From the sequence record SRR31156797_4553: a stretch of 64,000 nucleotides of DNA; one strand, written 5' to 3'. This document shows, in pieces, positions 56,731-64,000 of the stretch; within the stretch, counting starts at the first letter, position 1, and every line of letters begins with the position of its first letter. Below the pieces are notes generated by a model. It had not been told where the DNA came from and searched no databases. It saw only the letters and a list, made by a program, of their open reading frames with translations. A program made the position numbers and the translations under genes.

Positions 56731-58221
56731 ATGTCAAAATTATTTGCTTTTTTTAGAGTAAAGTTTCACAATGATTTTCATCCCCATACTAAAGGGATGA
56801 TCTCTGTACATAATGGGTATAGCTTGTTGTTTCTTTTTAATTTGCTGCTGTTTTTCTTTGCCATGTTGTTTTTCGATCCAAGGGTGGCAGTCGAAGAGCT
56901 CAAGTTGATTTTATTTTCGGAAAGTCATCTTGTGACAGATTATATTGCTATGACTTCTGTAGGGTCGGCTTTATTAAACAGCAGTTTGATGACGTTTGTA
57001 GCGATCTCGATTTGCTATCATTATCGGGTGCCGATCACAGGAGGCGCGGTGTCTGCTATCTTTATGGTGACTGGGTATGGTTTTTTTGGGAAAAATCTAC
57101 TAAATTTTATCCCGATATTTTTAGGCGTCCGTCTGTATTCGTATTTTATGAATGAACCATTGAAAAAATTTCTGTTGATTGCCTTGTATGGATCGTCGGT
57201 TTCTCCAATCGTCAGCTATTTTGCATTCAATGACTCACTACCGCCTTATTTTAGCTTGGTGATGGGGTACGGTATTGGAATTTTTACCGGTTTTTTGATG
57301 GTTCCCATGGCCTTATATTTTCAAGGACTTTTTCAAAGCGTCAGTTTATACAGTGCTGGATTCACTTCAGGAATGTTGTGTACATTAGTCGCCGCTATCT
57401 GTCGGATGTTTGGCCTAACGATTGAGCTAAGAACATTGGTGTCGCAAGAACAGCAGCCGCGTTTGATTCTCATGATGCTGGTTTTAGGAAGTGTGTTCGT
57501 AGGCTATGGGTCGCTGATGGCAATCAAGAAAAAACGATTGAATATGCGAGCGATTTGGTCTCATAGTGGCAAAATCGAACGAGATATCTTACGTGATACC
57601 GGCGTTTATAATACGATGATCAACATGGGATTGATGACGTTTTTGCTTGTGGCATATGTCGTCAGTATTGGTGCGGTTTTAAATGGACCAGTTATCGGTG
57701 CGATCTTTTGCGTCATCGGCTTTTCTGCTTGTGGCTCTCATGTCTTTAACTCGCTGCCTTTATTGGCAGGGGTGACGATTGCCAATCTATTGAGCGTATA
57801 CACCATCAACGAGACGGTTACAGTCACGTCAGCGATTTTTGCGATGATGCTCTGTGCAGTAACAAATGCCTATGGCTGGAAAGGCGGCTTGGTGGTCGGT
57901 TTTGTGCACGCCTCAATGGTACTGAATATTGATTTCTTACATGGAGGTTTGAATCTGTATAACAATGGTTTTTCTGGCGGGCTAGTCGCCATGATGATCA
58001 TTCCCTTATTGGATCTCAGCAAACAGCTTTGGCAAAAATCAGCCGATCAGGCGCAAGCTACCAAGGATGAAAAACCACAAATGGACTTGAAAGCACAAGA
58101 AAGCGAGCAGCCATTGGTCCCATTGGATCAAACAGAAGGAAAACCTAAATTTTCCGAGCCTGTGAAGGTATTAAAACCCGTTGCCCAAAAGAAACACTAT
58201 AGGGTAGGCGAGTGGGAGTAG
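56731..58221 (+). CDS. DUF1576-like multi-pass membrane protein
   Basis: LVTDYI, GFFGKNLLN, LYSAGFTSG, NGPVIG..GFSACG, LHGGLNLYNNGFSGG (duplicated motif halves). Confidence 0.75.
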   Translation: MSKLFAFFRVKFHNDFHPHTKGMISVHNGYSLLFLFNLLLFFFAMLFFDPRVAVEELKLILFSESHLVTDYIAMTSVGSALLNSSLMTFVAISICYHYRVPITGGAVSAIFMVTGYGFFGKNLLNFIPIFLGVRLYSYFMNEPLKKFLLIALYGSSVSPIVSYFAFNDSLPPYFSLVMGYGIGIFTGFLMVPMALYFQGLFQSVSLYSAGFTSGMLCTLVAAICRMFGLTIELRTLVSQEQQPRLILMMLVLGSVFVGYGSLMAIKKKRLNMRAIWSHSGKIERDILRDTGVYNTMINMGLMTFLLVAYVVSIGAVLNGPVIGAIFCVIGFSACGSHVFNSLPLLAGVTIANLLSVYTINETVTVTSAIFAMMLCAVTNAYGWKGGLVVGFVHASMVLNIDFLHGGLNLYNNGFSGGLVAMMIIPLLDLSKQLWQKSADQAQATKDEKPQMDLKAQESEQPLVPLDQTEGKPKFSEPVKVLKPVAQKKHYRVGEWE

Positions 58222-58301
58222 AAAAACCGCCAATGTCATTTGTTACTTGTTTAACAAGTAGGGAGTGCTTGCCTTTTCGTCGTTGGAAATAATGGGAAAA
58301 T

Positions 58302-58350
58302 GAAAACCAACCAAGAACAAGCAAAGATTGGTTGTTCTTGGTTGGTTTTT
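58302..58350. terminator. Bidirectional terminator
   Basis: AAAACCAACCAAGAACAA...TTGTTCTTGGTTGGTTTT. Confidence 0.8.
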
Positions 58351-58375
58351 ATTCGTGTTCATTTCTAAAAAAACA

Positions 58376-59248
58376 TCAACGATTGGCTTCTAAGATTTCT
58401 GCCTGTAGGCGTTGGGCAGTCGGTGTCATGGCTAGACCACCTTCAGCCGTTTCCTTGAAAATGCTAGGCATTTGTCGTCCTACTTGATACATCGCTAAGA
58501 CCACTTCATCAGGTGGGATGACACTTTCGATTCCTGCTAATGCCATGTCGGCAGAGATAAAGGCCTGGGAAGATCCCAGGGCATTGCGCTTCACGCAGGG
58601 GACCTCGACTAAGCCCGCGACAGGGTCACAAATCAAGCCCATCATATTCTTGAGGGTGATCGCCACCGCTTGAGCCGCTTGGTGGGGGGTGCCACCTTTT
58701 GCACAAACCAAAGCCGCCGCTGCCATTGCGCTAGCAGAACCGATCTCTGCTTGACAACCGCCTTCGGCACCGGAAATCGAGGCATTGTTGGCAATCACCA
58801 GACCAAAGGCGCCGGCTGTAAACAAAAAGTCGACTTGTTGCGCTCGAGTCAGTGCCAAACGCTCACGTACGGCCATTAATACACCAGAAACAACACCCGC
58901 ACTGCCGGCAGTCGGTGTTGCACAGATCAAGCCCATTTTCGCATTGACTTCGTTGACTGCAATGGCATTTTGGACCGCTTGTAGAATGGTTTCTCCGCTT
59001 AAAAAATCACCGGCAGCAAGGTAGTCGTTCATGCGAGTCGCATCGCCGCCGGTCAATCCCGTCACCGATTTTACACCAGCGACACCTTCAGCGACTGATT
59101 GTTCCATAACAACTAAATTCTTTTCCATGATTGCAAGGATCTGTTCGCGACTACGACCAGTATTTTCTGCTTCGATCGCAATCATCATCTCTGCAACGGA
59201 AGGATAATTTTTACTTTCTATTACTAACTCTTCTATTGTATAGAACAT
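58376..59248 (-). CDS. sdaAA: L-serine dehydratase, Fe-S dependent, alpha subunit
   Basis: NEVNA..G.ICATPTAGSAG, SGAEGGCQAEIG, GLICDPVAGLVEVPCVKRN, KETAEGGLA. Confidence 0.95.
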   Translation of the reverse strand: MFYTIEELVIESKNYPSVAEMMIAIEAENTGRSREQILAIMEKNLVVMEQSVAEGVAGVKSVTGLTGGDATRMNDYLAAGDFLSGETILQAVQNAIAVNEVNAKMGLICATPTAGSAGVVSGVLMAVRERLALTRAQQVDFLFTAGAFGLVIANNASISGAEGGCQAEIGSASAMAAAALVCAKGGTPHQAAQAVAITLKNMMGLICDPVAGLVEVPCVKRNALGSSQAFISADMALAGIESVIPPDEVVLAMYQVGRQMPSIFKETAEGGLAMTPTAQRLQAEILEANR

Positions 59249-59261
59249 GTGCTTATCTCCT

Positions 59262-59927
59262 TTAATCAAAATACGCAGCGCTGTAAACGTGCGGCAAAAC
59301 TTTGATTTGTTGCGCCAGCTGATCATTGCGCTGATCGACTTCGATGATCATGATTGCTTTATCACCGACAGCTTCTCTCGTAACGGTCATCGTACCGATA
59401 TTGATTTGAGCCTCTGATAGTAAATTGGTTACTTTCGCAATCATTCCCGGAACATCTTGATGGACGATCACATAAGTAGGGGTACCCAGTGTCAGAGAAA
59501 TTTTGAAGCCGTTAAGCTCTGAGATTTGAATGTTGCCACCACCGATCGAGATGCCAGTGACAGATAGTTTGTGGCTACCTTTTGTCAAAATCATCTTGAC
59601 CATATTCGGATGTTCCGCTTTTTCTTTTTTAGGGACGAATAAGACTTCGATCCCTTTCTCATAAGCGATTTTTAAAGAGTCCGCTAGGCGAGCATCATCT
59701 GGCTCCATGCCTAAGAGACCGCCAACTAACGCAATATCGGTTCCATGACCGCGATAGGTTTTAGCAAACGATTCATACAACAGGATATCTACACTGTCTG
59801 GCTGTTCGCCAAAAATACTGCGAACGATTTTTCCGATCCGGGCAGCACCGGCGGTATGAGAACTGCTGGGACCCACCATGATGGGTCCGATTATGTCAAA
59901 TACACTGCGGTATTTTAATTGTTCCAT
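59262..59927 (-). CDS. sdaAB: L-serine dehydratase, Fe-S dependent, beta subunit
   Basis: SVFDIIGPIMVGPSSSHTAGA, SFAKTYRGHGTD, HPN, SIGGG, C-terminal ACT domain. Confidence 0.95.
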   Translation of the reverse strand: MEQLKYRSVFDIIGPIMVGPSSSHTAGAARIGKIVRSIFGEQPDSVDILLYESFAKTYRGHGTDIALVGGLLGMEPDDARLADSLKIAYEKGIEVLFVPKKEKAEHPNMVKMILTKGSHKLSVTGISIGGGNIQISELNGFKISLTLGTPTYVIVHQDVPGMIAKVTNLLSEAQINIGTMTVTREAVGDKAIMIIEVDQRNDQLAQQIKVLPHVYSAAYFD

Positions 59928-60185
59928 TTTTTTCACCTCGATAGTAGTAAACGAATAGGGAAGAATTCCAGTAGTAGTGTAGCATAAAAAAATGAGAGAA
60001 TGAAAAAAGCAGACCAAAAGCAAGTGATTTTTATTTCTTTTTTTAGCGATGGACTAACGAAAAGCGCTGGTGAGCATTTTTTCAAAAAAATCAGCTGAAA
60101 AACCTTGAATTATTCCATAAAGATGCTATAATATTCCAGTGTGCTTTCGTCACACGTTTTTTGTGTGTGCACATGAATCACCAAA

Positions 60186-60219
60186 GTGGGAGGAGAAATT
60201 TGGATCTCCAATTAACCAC
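60186..60219 (+). promoter_or_regulatory. Ribosomal protein L1-binding site upstream of rplK
   Basis: GTGGGAGGAG..CTCC-AATTAACCAC, stem/internal-loop/stem beside the RBS. Confidence 0.6.
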
Positions 60220-60245
60220 ATCACGGACTCAAGGAGGTATGTCTC

Positions 60246-60668
60246 GTGGCAAAAAAAGTAGAAAAAATCGTTAAATTGCAAATTCCTGCAGGTAAAGCAA
60301 CACCAGCTCCGCCGGTAGGTCCTGCGCTAGGTCAAGCGGGTATCAACATCATGGGATTCACTAAAGAATTCAATGCTCGTACAGCTGATCAAGCAGGTTT
60401 GATCATTCCAGTAGTGATCTCTGTATACGAAGACCGTTCATTTACTTTCGTTACAAAAACACCACCAGCAGCAGTATTGTTGAAAAAAGCAGCAAACGTT
60501 GAAAAAGGTTCAGGCGAACCAAACAAAACAAAAGTTGCAAAAGTTTCACGCGATCAAGTAAAAGAAATCGCTGAATTGAAAATGGAAGACCTAAACGCAG
60601 CTGACGTTGAAGCAGCAATGCGCATGGTTGAAGGAACTGCACGAAGCATGGGGATCACTGTAGAATAA
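60246..60668 (+). CDS. rplK: 50S ribosomal protein L11
   Basis: [34 protein letters not shown]. Confidence 0.98.
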   Translation: MAKKVEKIVKLQIPAGKATPAPPVGPALGQAGINIMGFTKEFNARTADQAGLIIPVVISVYEDRSFTFVTKTPPAAVLLKKAANVEKGSGEPNKTKVAKVSRDQVKEIAELKMEDLNAADVEAAMRMVEGTARSMGITVE

Positions 60669-60725
60669 TTACAGCCCTAAGGAAGTAGCTTCTCAGTCGG
60701 CTTCATATTGAAAAATATGGGACAC

Positions 60726-60751
60726 GTGGGAGGTTCTACCGTTATAACCAC
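60726..60751 (+). promoter_or_regulatory. Ribosomal protein L1-binding site upstream of rplA
   Basis: GTGGGAGGT-tct-ACC-GTTATAACCAC just before RBS AAGGAGG. Confidence 0.65.
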
Positions 60752-60768
60752 ATCAAGGAGGAAACAAA

Positions 60769-61458
60769 ATGGCTAAAAAAAGCAAAAAAATGCAAGAAGC
60801 ATTGCAAAAAGTTGATGCTACAAAAGCTTATTCAGTTGAAGAAGCAGTAGCTTTGGCAAAAGAAACAAATATTGCAAAATTCGACGCAACGGTTGAAGTT
60901 GCTTACAAATTAAACGTAGACCCTAAAAAAGCGGATCAACAAATCCGTGGCGCGGTTGTATTACCAAACGGTACTGGTAAAACACAAACAGTTTTAGTTT
61001 TTGCTAAAGGCGATAAAGCCAAAGAAGCAGAAGCAGCTGGTGCTGATTTCGTTGGTGACGACGATATGGTTCAAAAAATCCAAGGTGGCTGGTTCGATTT
61101 TGACGTTGTTGTTGCAACGCCTGACATGATGGCTACTGTTGGTAAATTAGGTCGTGTATTAGGCCCTAAAGGTTTGATGCCTAACCCTAAAACTGGTACA
61201 GTAACAATGGACGTAACAAAAGCAGTTAACGAAGTAAAAGCTGGTAAAGTTACTTACCGTGTTGACAAAGCTGGGAACATCCACGTACCAATCGGAAAAG
61301 TTTCTTTTGAAGATGACAAATTGATTGAAAACTTCAAAACGATCCATGAAACATTGTTGAAAGCTAAGCCTTCAGCAGCAAAAGGGCAATACATGAAAAA
61401 TATCTCAGTTACAACAACATTTGGTCCTGGGATCCATGTAGAACAAGCTTCTTTCTAA
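60769..61458 (+). CDS. rplA: 50S ribosomal protein L1
   Basis: [32 protein letters not shown]. Confidence 0.98.
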   Translation: MAKKSKKMQEALQKVDATKAYSVEEAVALAKETNIAKFDATVEVAYKLNVDPKKADQQIRGAVVLPNGTGKTQTVLVFAKGDKAKEAEAAGADFVGDDDMVQKIQGGWFDFDVVVATPDMMATVGKLGRVLGPKGLMPNPKTGTVTMDVTKAVNEVKAGKVTYRVDKAGNIHVPIGKVSFEDDKLIENFKTIHETLLKAKPSAAKGQYMKNISVTTTFGPGIHVEQASF

Positions 61459-61533
61459 TTTAATACAAAAATTCAAAACTTTTATTGACTTGACTACCTT
61501 ATCTGTGGTAAGGTAGTCAAGGTTAAAAGTTTA

Positions 61534-61640
61534 ACTGTACCGAAGACAGTAGGTGGCATTTGCCTTAATTTCCTACCGAGGACGTTTATTGAGAATCTTC
61601 AATAGTCCCTCTATGTCTACGGTGGCATAGAGTTTTTTTA
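61534..61640 (+). promoter_or_regulatory. Ribosomal protein L10 leader with attenuator
   Basis: CCGAAGACAGTAGG..CCTACCGAGG core, then CTCTATGTC-tacggt-GGCATAGAG plus T run, upstream of rplJ. Confidence 0.88.
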
Positions 61641-61713
61641 TTGTCCTTTATAGGACAAAGGAACAGTTTGTTTCGAAGAAACTCTTCCATCAAAATCAGG
61701 AGGTGAAATATAA

Positions 61714-62214
61714 ATGAGTGAAGCAGCTATCGCTAAAAAATCCGCGATCGTTGATGAAGTGAGTGCAAAATTCTCTGCAGCCGCATCTGTAGTCGTTGTT
61801 GACTACCGTGGACTAACTGTTGATGAAGTAACTCGCTTACGTAAACAATTGCGTGATGCAAACGTTGAGATGAAAGTTATCAAAAACTCAATTCTTTCTC
61901 GTGCTGCTGAAAAAGCTGGTCTAGAAGGTTTAGGTGAAGTATTCACTGGCCCTACTGCCGTAGCATTCAGTAATGAAGACGTTGTTGCACCTGCAAAAAT
62001 CATTAACGATTTCGCAAAAGACGCAAAAGCTTTAGAAATCAAAGGCGGTATCATCGAAGGCAAAGTTTCTTCATTGGAAGAAATTACTGCATTGGCGAAA
62101 TTGCCAAACCGCGAAGGACTTCTTTCTATGTTGCTATCTGTGCTACAAGCACCTATCCGCAACGTGGCTTACGCTGTCAAAGCAGTGGCAGAAAAAGAAG
62201 AAGATGCAGCATAA
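61714..62214 (+). CDS. rplJ: 50S ribosomal protein L10
   Basis: [33 protein letters not shown]. Confidence 0.98.
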   Translation: MSEAAIAKKSAIVDEVSAKFSAAASVVVVDYRGLTVDEVTRLRKQLRDANVEMKVIKNSILSRAAEKAGLEGLGEVFTGPTAVAFSNEDVVAPAKIINDFAKDAKALEIKGGIIEGKVSSLEEITALAKLPNREGLLSMLLSVLQAPIRNVAYAVKAVAEKEEDAA

Positions 62215-62274
62215 TTGCCGCATAATTTTTCAGTATTAAAAACTAAACTACTTACTTAAATGGAGGAAAACAAA

Positions 62275-62646
62275 ATGGCATTGAACATTGAAAACATTGT
62301 CGAAGAGCTAAAAGGCGCGACAATCTTAGAATTAAACGATTTAATTAAAGCTATCGAAGAAGAATTTGGCGTATCTGCTGCAGCTCCTGTAGCTGTAGCT
62401 GGTGGAGCTGGCGATGCTGGTGCTGCTGAAGAACAAACTGAATTCACTGTAGAATTGACTGCAGCTGGCGATCAAAAAGTTAAAGTTATCAAAGCAGTTC
62501 GTGAAGCAACTGGCTTAGGCTTGAAAGAAGCGAAAGCAGTCGTTGACGGAGCTCCTTCAGCAGTTAAAGAAGGCATCTCTAAAGACGAAGCTGAAGCATT
62601 GAAAGCAGCTTTAGAAGAAGTTGGCGCTTCAGTAACAGTTAAATAA
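62275..62646 (+). CDS. rplL: 50S ribosomal protein L7/L12
   Basis: [33 protein letters not shown]. Confidence 0.98.
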   Translation: MALNIENIVEELKGATILELNDLIKAIEEEFGVSAAAPVAVAGGAGDAGAAEEQTEFTVELTAAGDQKVKVIKAVREATGLGLKEAKAVVDGAPSAVKEGISKDEAEALKAALEEVGASVTVK

Positions 62647-62654
62647 TTTTTCTT

Positions 62655-62697
62655 AGTGTCAAATCTTTTCGTATGAAGGGGTTTGGCGCTTTTTTTG
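62655..62697 (+). terminator. Terminator after rplL
   Basis: AGTGTCAAATCTTTTC-gtat-GAAGGGGTTTGGCGCT followed by a T run (G-U pairs). Confidence 0.7.
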
Positions 62698-62722
62698 TTA
62701 GAGGCTGAGATTCCTAAAAAGT

Positions 62723-62770
62723 AATAAGCAGCGATCCTCGTTTTTTTATGAGCGAGGATCGCTGCTTATT
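62723..62770 (-). terminator. 18-bp perfect inverted repeat at the end of the small membrane ORF
   Basis: AATAAGCAGCGATCCTCG-N12-CGAGGATCGCTGCTTATT. Confidence 0.7.
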
Positions 62771-62942
62771 TTTTTCGAAATTGTTGGAATAAGAACACGA
62801 AAATAAAAAAGAAAAATGCTTCCCACAACGTTGTGGTCCAACTAAAGCTGCGGTTAATACCAAAAACGAGATTACCAATATTGGAAACCACCAAATACAA
62901 GGCTGTTGCTAGCAAAGAATAGCCGAATCGTTTGCCCATCAT
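62766..62942 (-). CDS. 58-aa small membrane protein; absent from ORF track
   Basis: MMGKRFGYSLLATALYLVVSNIGNLVFGINRSFSWTTTLWEAFFFFIFVFLFQQFRKK; RBS GGGAGG; two hydrophobic segments; hairpin at the stop codon. Confidence 0.7.
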   Translation of the reverse strand: MMGKRFGYSLLATALYLVVSNIGNLVFGINRSFSWTTTLWEAFFFFIFVFLFQQFRKK

Positions 62943-63088
62943 TACGCCTCCCTTTGCTATGATTGTAACAAGTCAAAAGAGTTGTGGCAATCAATTCTGA
63001 TGCAGTGATGATAAATTGATCGATAGAAAGAGAAAAACCGAACGGTCCGTAGTGATCGTTCGGTTGAAGAGGATGTAGCCCGGTTCGC

Positions 63089-64000
63089 TTAATCCAATGG
63101 AACATCAAAGATCCAACCGGTTGGTGCCGAAATATCGCCGAATTGAATGCCGGTCAATTGGTGATACAATGCTTTTGTTTGTGGACCAACTTCCGTTTCG
63201 CTATAGAACACATGGAAATCCTCGCCGTTTTGGATCCCGCCGATCGGGGAAATAACAGCAGCTGTTCCGCAGGCACCCGCTTCGACAAAACGATCCAGCT
63301 CATTGAGATAAACATCACCTTCCACAGGGGTCAATCCTAATGAATGTTGCGCTAGATGCAGCAATGAATATTTTGTGATACTTGGTAAAATAGAAGGAGA
63401 TTTTGGTGTCACAAATTCATTAGCAGCCGTGATCCCGAAAAAGTTGGCAGAACCGACTTCTTCGATTTTGGTATGCGTTTCTGGATCAAGGTAGATGCAA
63501 TCGGAAAATTTCCGTTGATGGGCTTCGTATCCAGGTAACAAACTCGCCGCATAATTTCCACCAACTTTGGCTGCGCCAGTACCATTTGGTGCCGCGCGAT
63601 CATAATCAGAAACAATGAAATTGGTTGGTGTCAATCCGCCCTTAAAGTAAGGTCCGACCGGCATACAAAAAACCGTAAAAATATACTCTGGTGCTGGGCT
63701 GACACCGATATTTTCTCCGACGCCAATCAATAGAGGACGAATATACAAGGTGGCGCCGCTGCCATAAGGCGGAACATATTCCTGATTTGCTTTTACTACT
63801 TGTTTTACCGCATCTAAGAAAAAGGCCTCAGGAACCTCTGGCATACGCAGGCGATAGGCACTGCGGTTCATCCGTTTGCTATTTTCGTCTGGACGGAACA
63901 AATTGATGCCGCCATCTTTTCTTCGGTAGGCTTTTAGTCCTTCAAAACATTGCTGTCCATAATGAAGAGCGGTTGATCCCTCGTGGATATGCAGATAATT
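63089..64000 (-). CDS. ilvE: Branched-chain amino acid aminotransferase (5' end beyond the window)
   Basis: Frame open from 64000: ALHYGQQCFEGLKAYR, LYIRP, AKVGGNYA, EEVGSANFF, ILPSIT, CGTAAVISP. Confidence 0.95.
   Translation of the reverse strand, partial: NYLHIHEGSTALHYGQQCFEGLKAYRRKDGGINLFRPDENSKRMNRSAYRLRMPEVPEAFFLDAVKQVVKANQEYVPPYGSGATLYIRPLLIGVGENIGVSPAPEYIFTVFCMPVGPYFKGGLTPTNFIVSDYDRAAPNGTGAAKVGGNYAASLLPGYEAHQRKFSDCIYLDPETHTKIEEVGSANFFGITAANEFVTPKSPSILPSITKYSLLHLAQHSLGLTPVEGDVYLNELDRFVEAGACGTAAVISPIGGIQNGEDFHVFYSETEVGPQTKALYHQLTGIQFGDISAPTGWIFDVPLD

Noticed and set aside
62872-63108. 78-aa minus-strand ORF overlapping the ilvE end
   Set aside because: Crosses the ilvE terminator and conflicts with the better-supported 58-aa ORF that has a strong RBS.
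1-64000. CRISPR array, tRNA/rRNA, IS/transposase, integrase, prophage or anti-phage defence genes
   Set aside because: No regularly spaced repeats, cloverleafs or mobile-element proteins seen. The SNF2, RecD2, SbcCD and GIY-YIG genes are housekeeping types in core synteny.

Overview
Chromosomal window from a low-GC Gram-positive, very likely an Enterococcus of the casseliflavus/gallinarum type (inferred from protein sequences, gene order and moderate GC; not verified by search). It is mostly core genome: efp, plsC, sbcDC-SNF2, spx-mecA-coiA-pepF-yjbH-relQ-nadK-rluA-mgtE, cutC, trmL, recD2, rpmG-secE-nusG, sdaAB/AA, rplKA-rplJL, ilvE. Accessory modules are a WxL surface protein, a fluoride riboswitch-controlled CLC-F exporter, an anmK / orphan Lac-family PTS EIIC / DUF871 (MupG-like) operon, an AraC regulator plus heterodimeric ABC exporter, a two-component system plus ABC-2 exporter (LnrJK/LnrLMN-like), an AT-rich islet beside bile salt hydrolase, and a secreted ChW-repeat protein. 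Cis-regulatory RNAs read from the sequence: fluoride riboswitch, preQ1-I riboswitch, two L1-binding sites and the L10 leader. No tRNA, rRNA, CRISPR array, IS element or prophage was seen. Best leads for something undescribed: (i) the anmK-EIIC-DUF871 operon, which suggests a PTS route for salvaging anhydro-disaccharide cell-wall fragments; (ii) two stand-alone candidate ncRNAs with promoter and terminator (about 38671-38784 on +, and about 49422-49635 on - with a cre site); (iii) small proteins missed by the ORF track.
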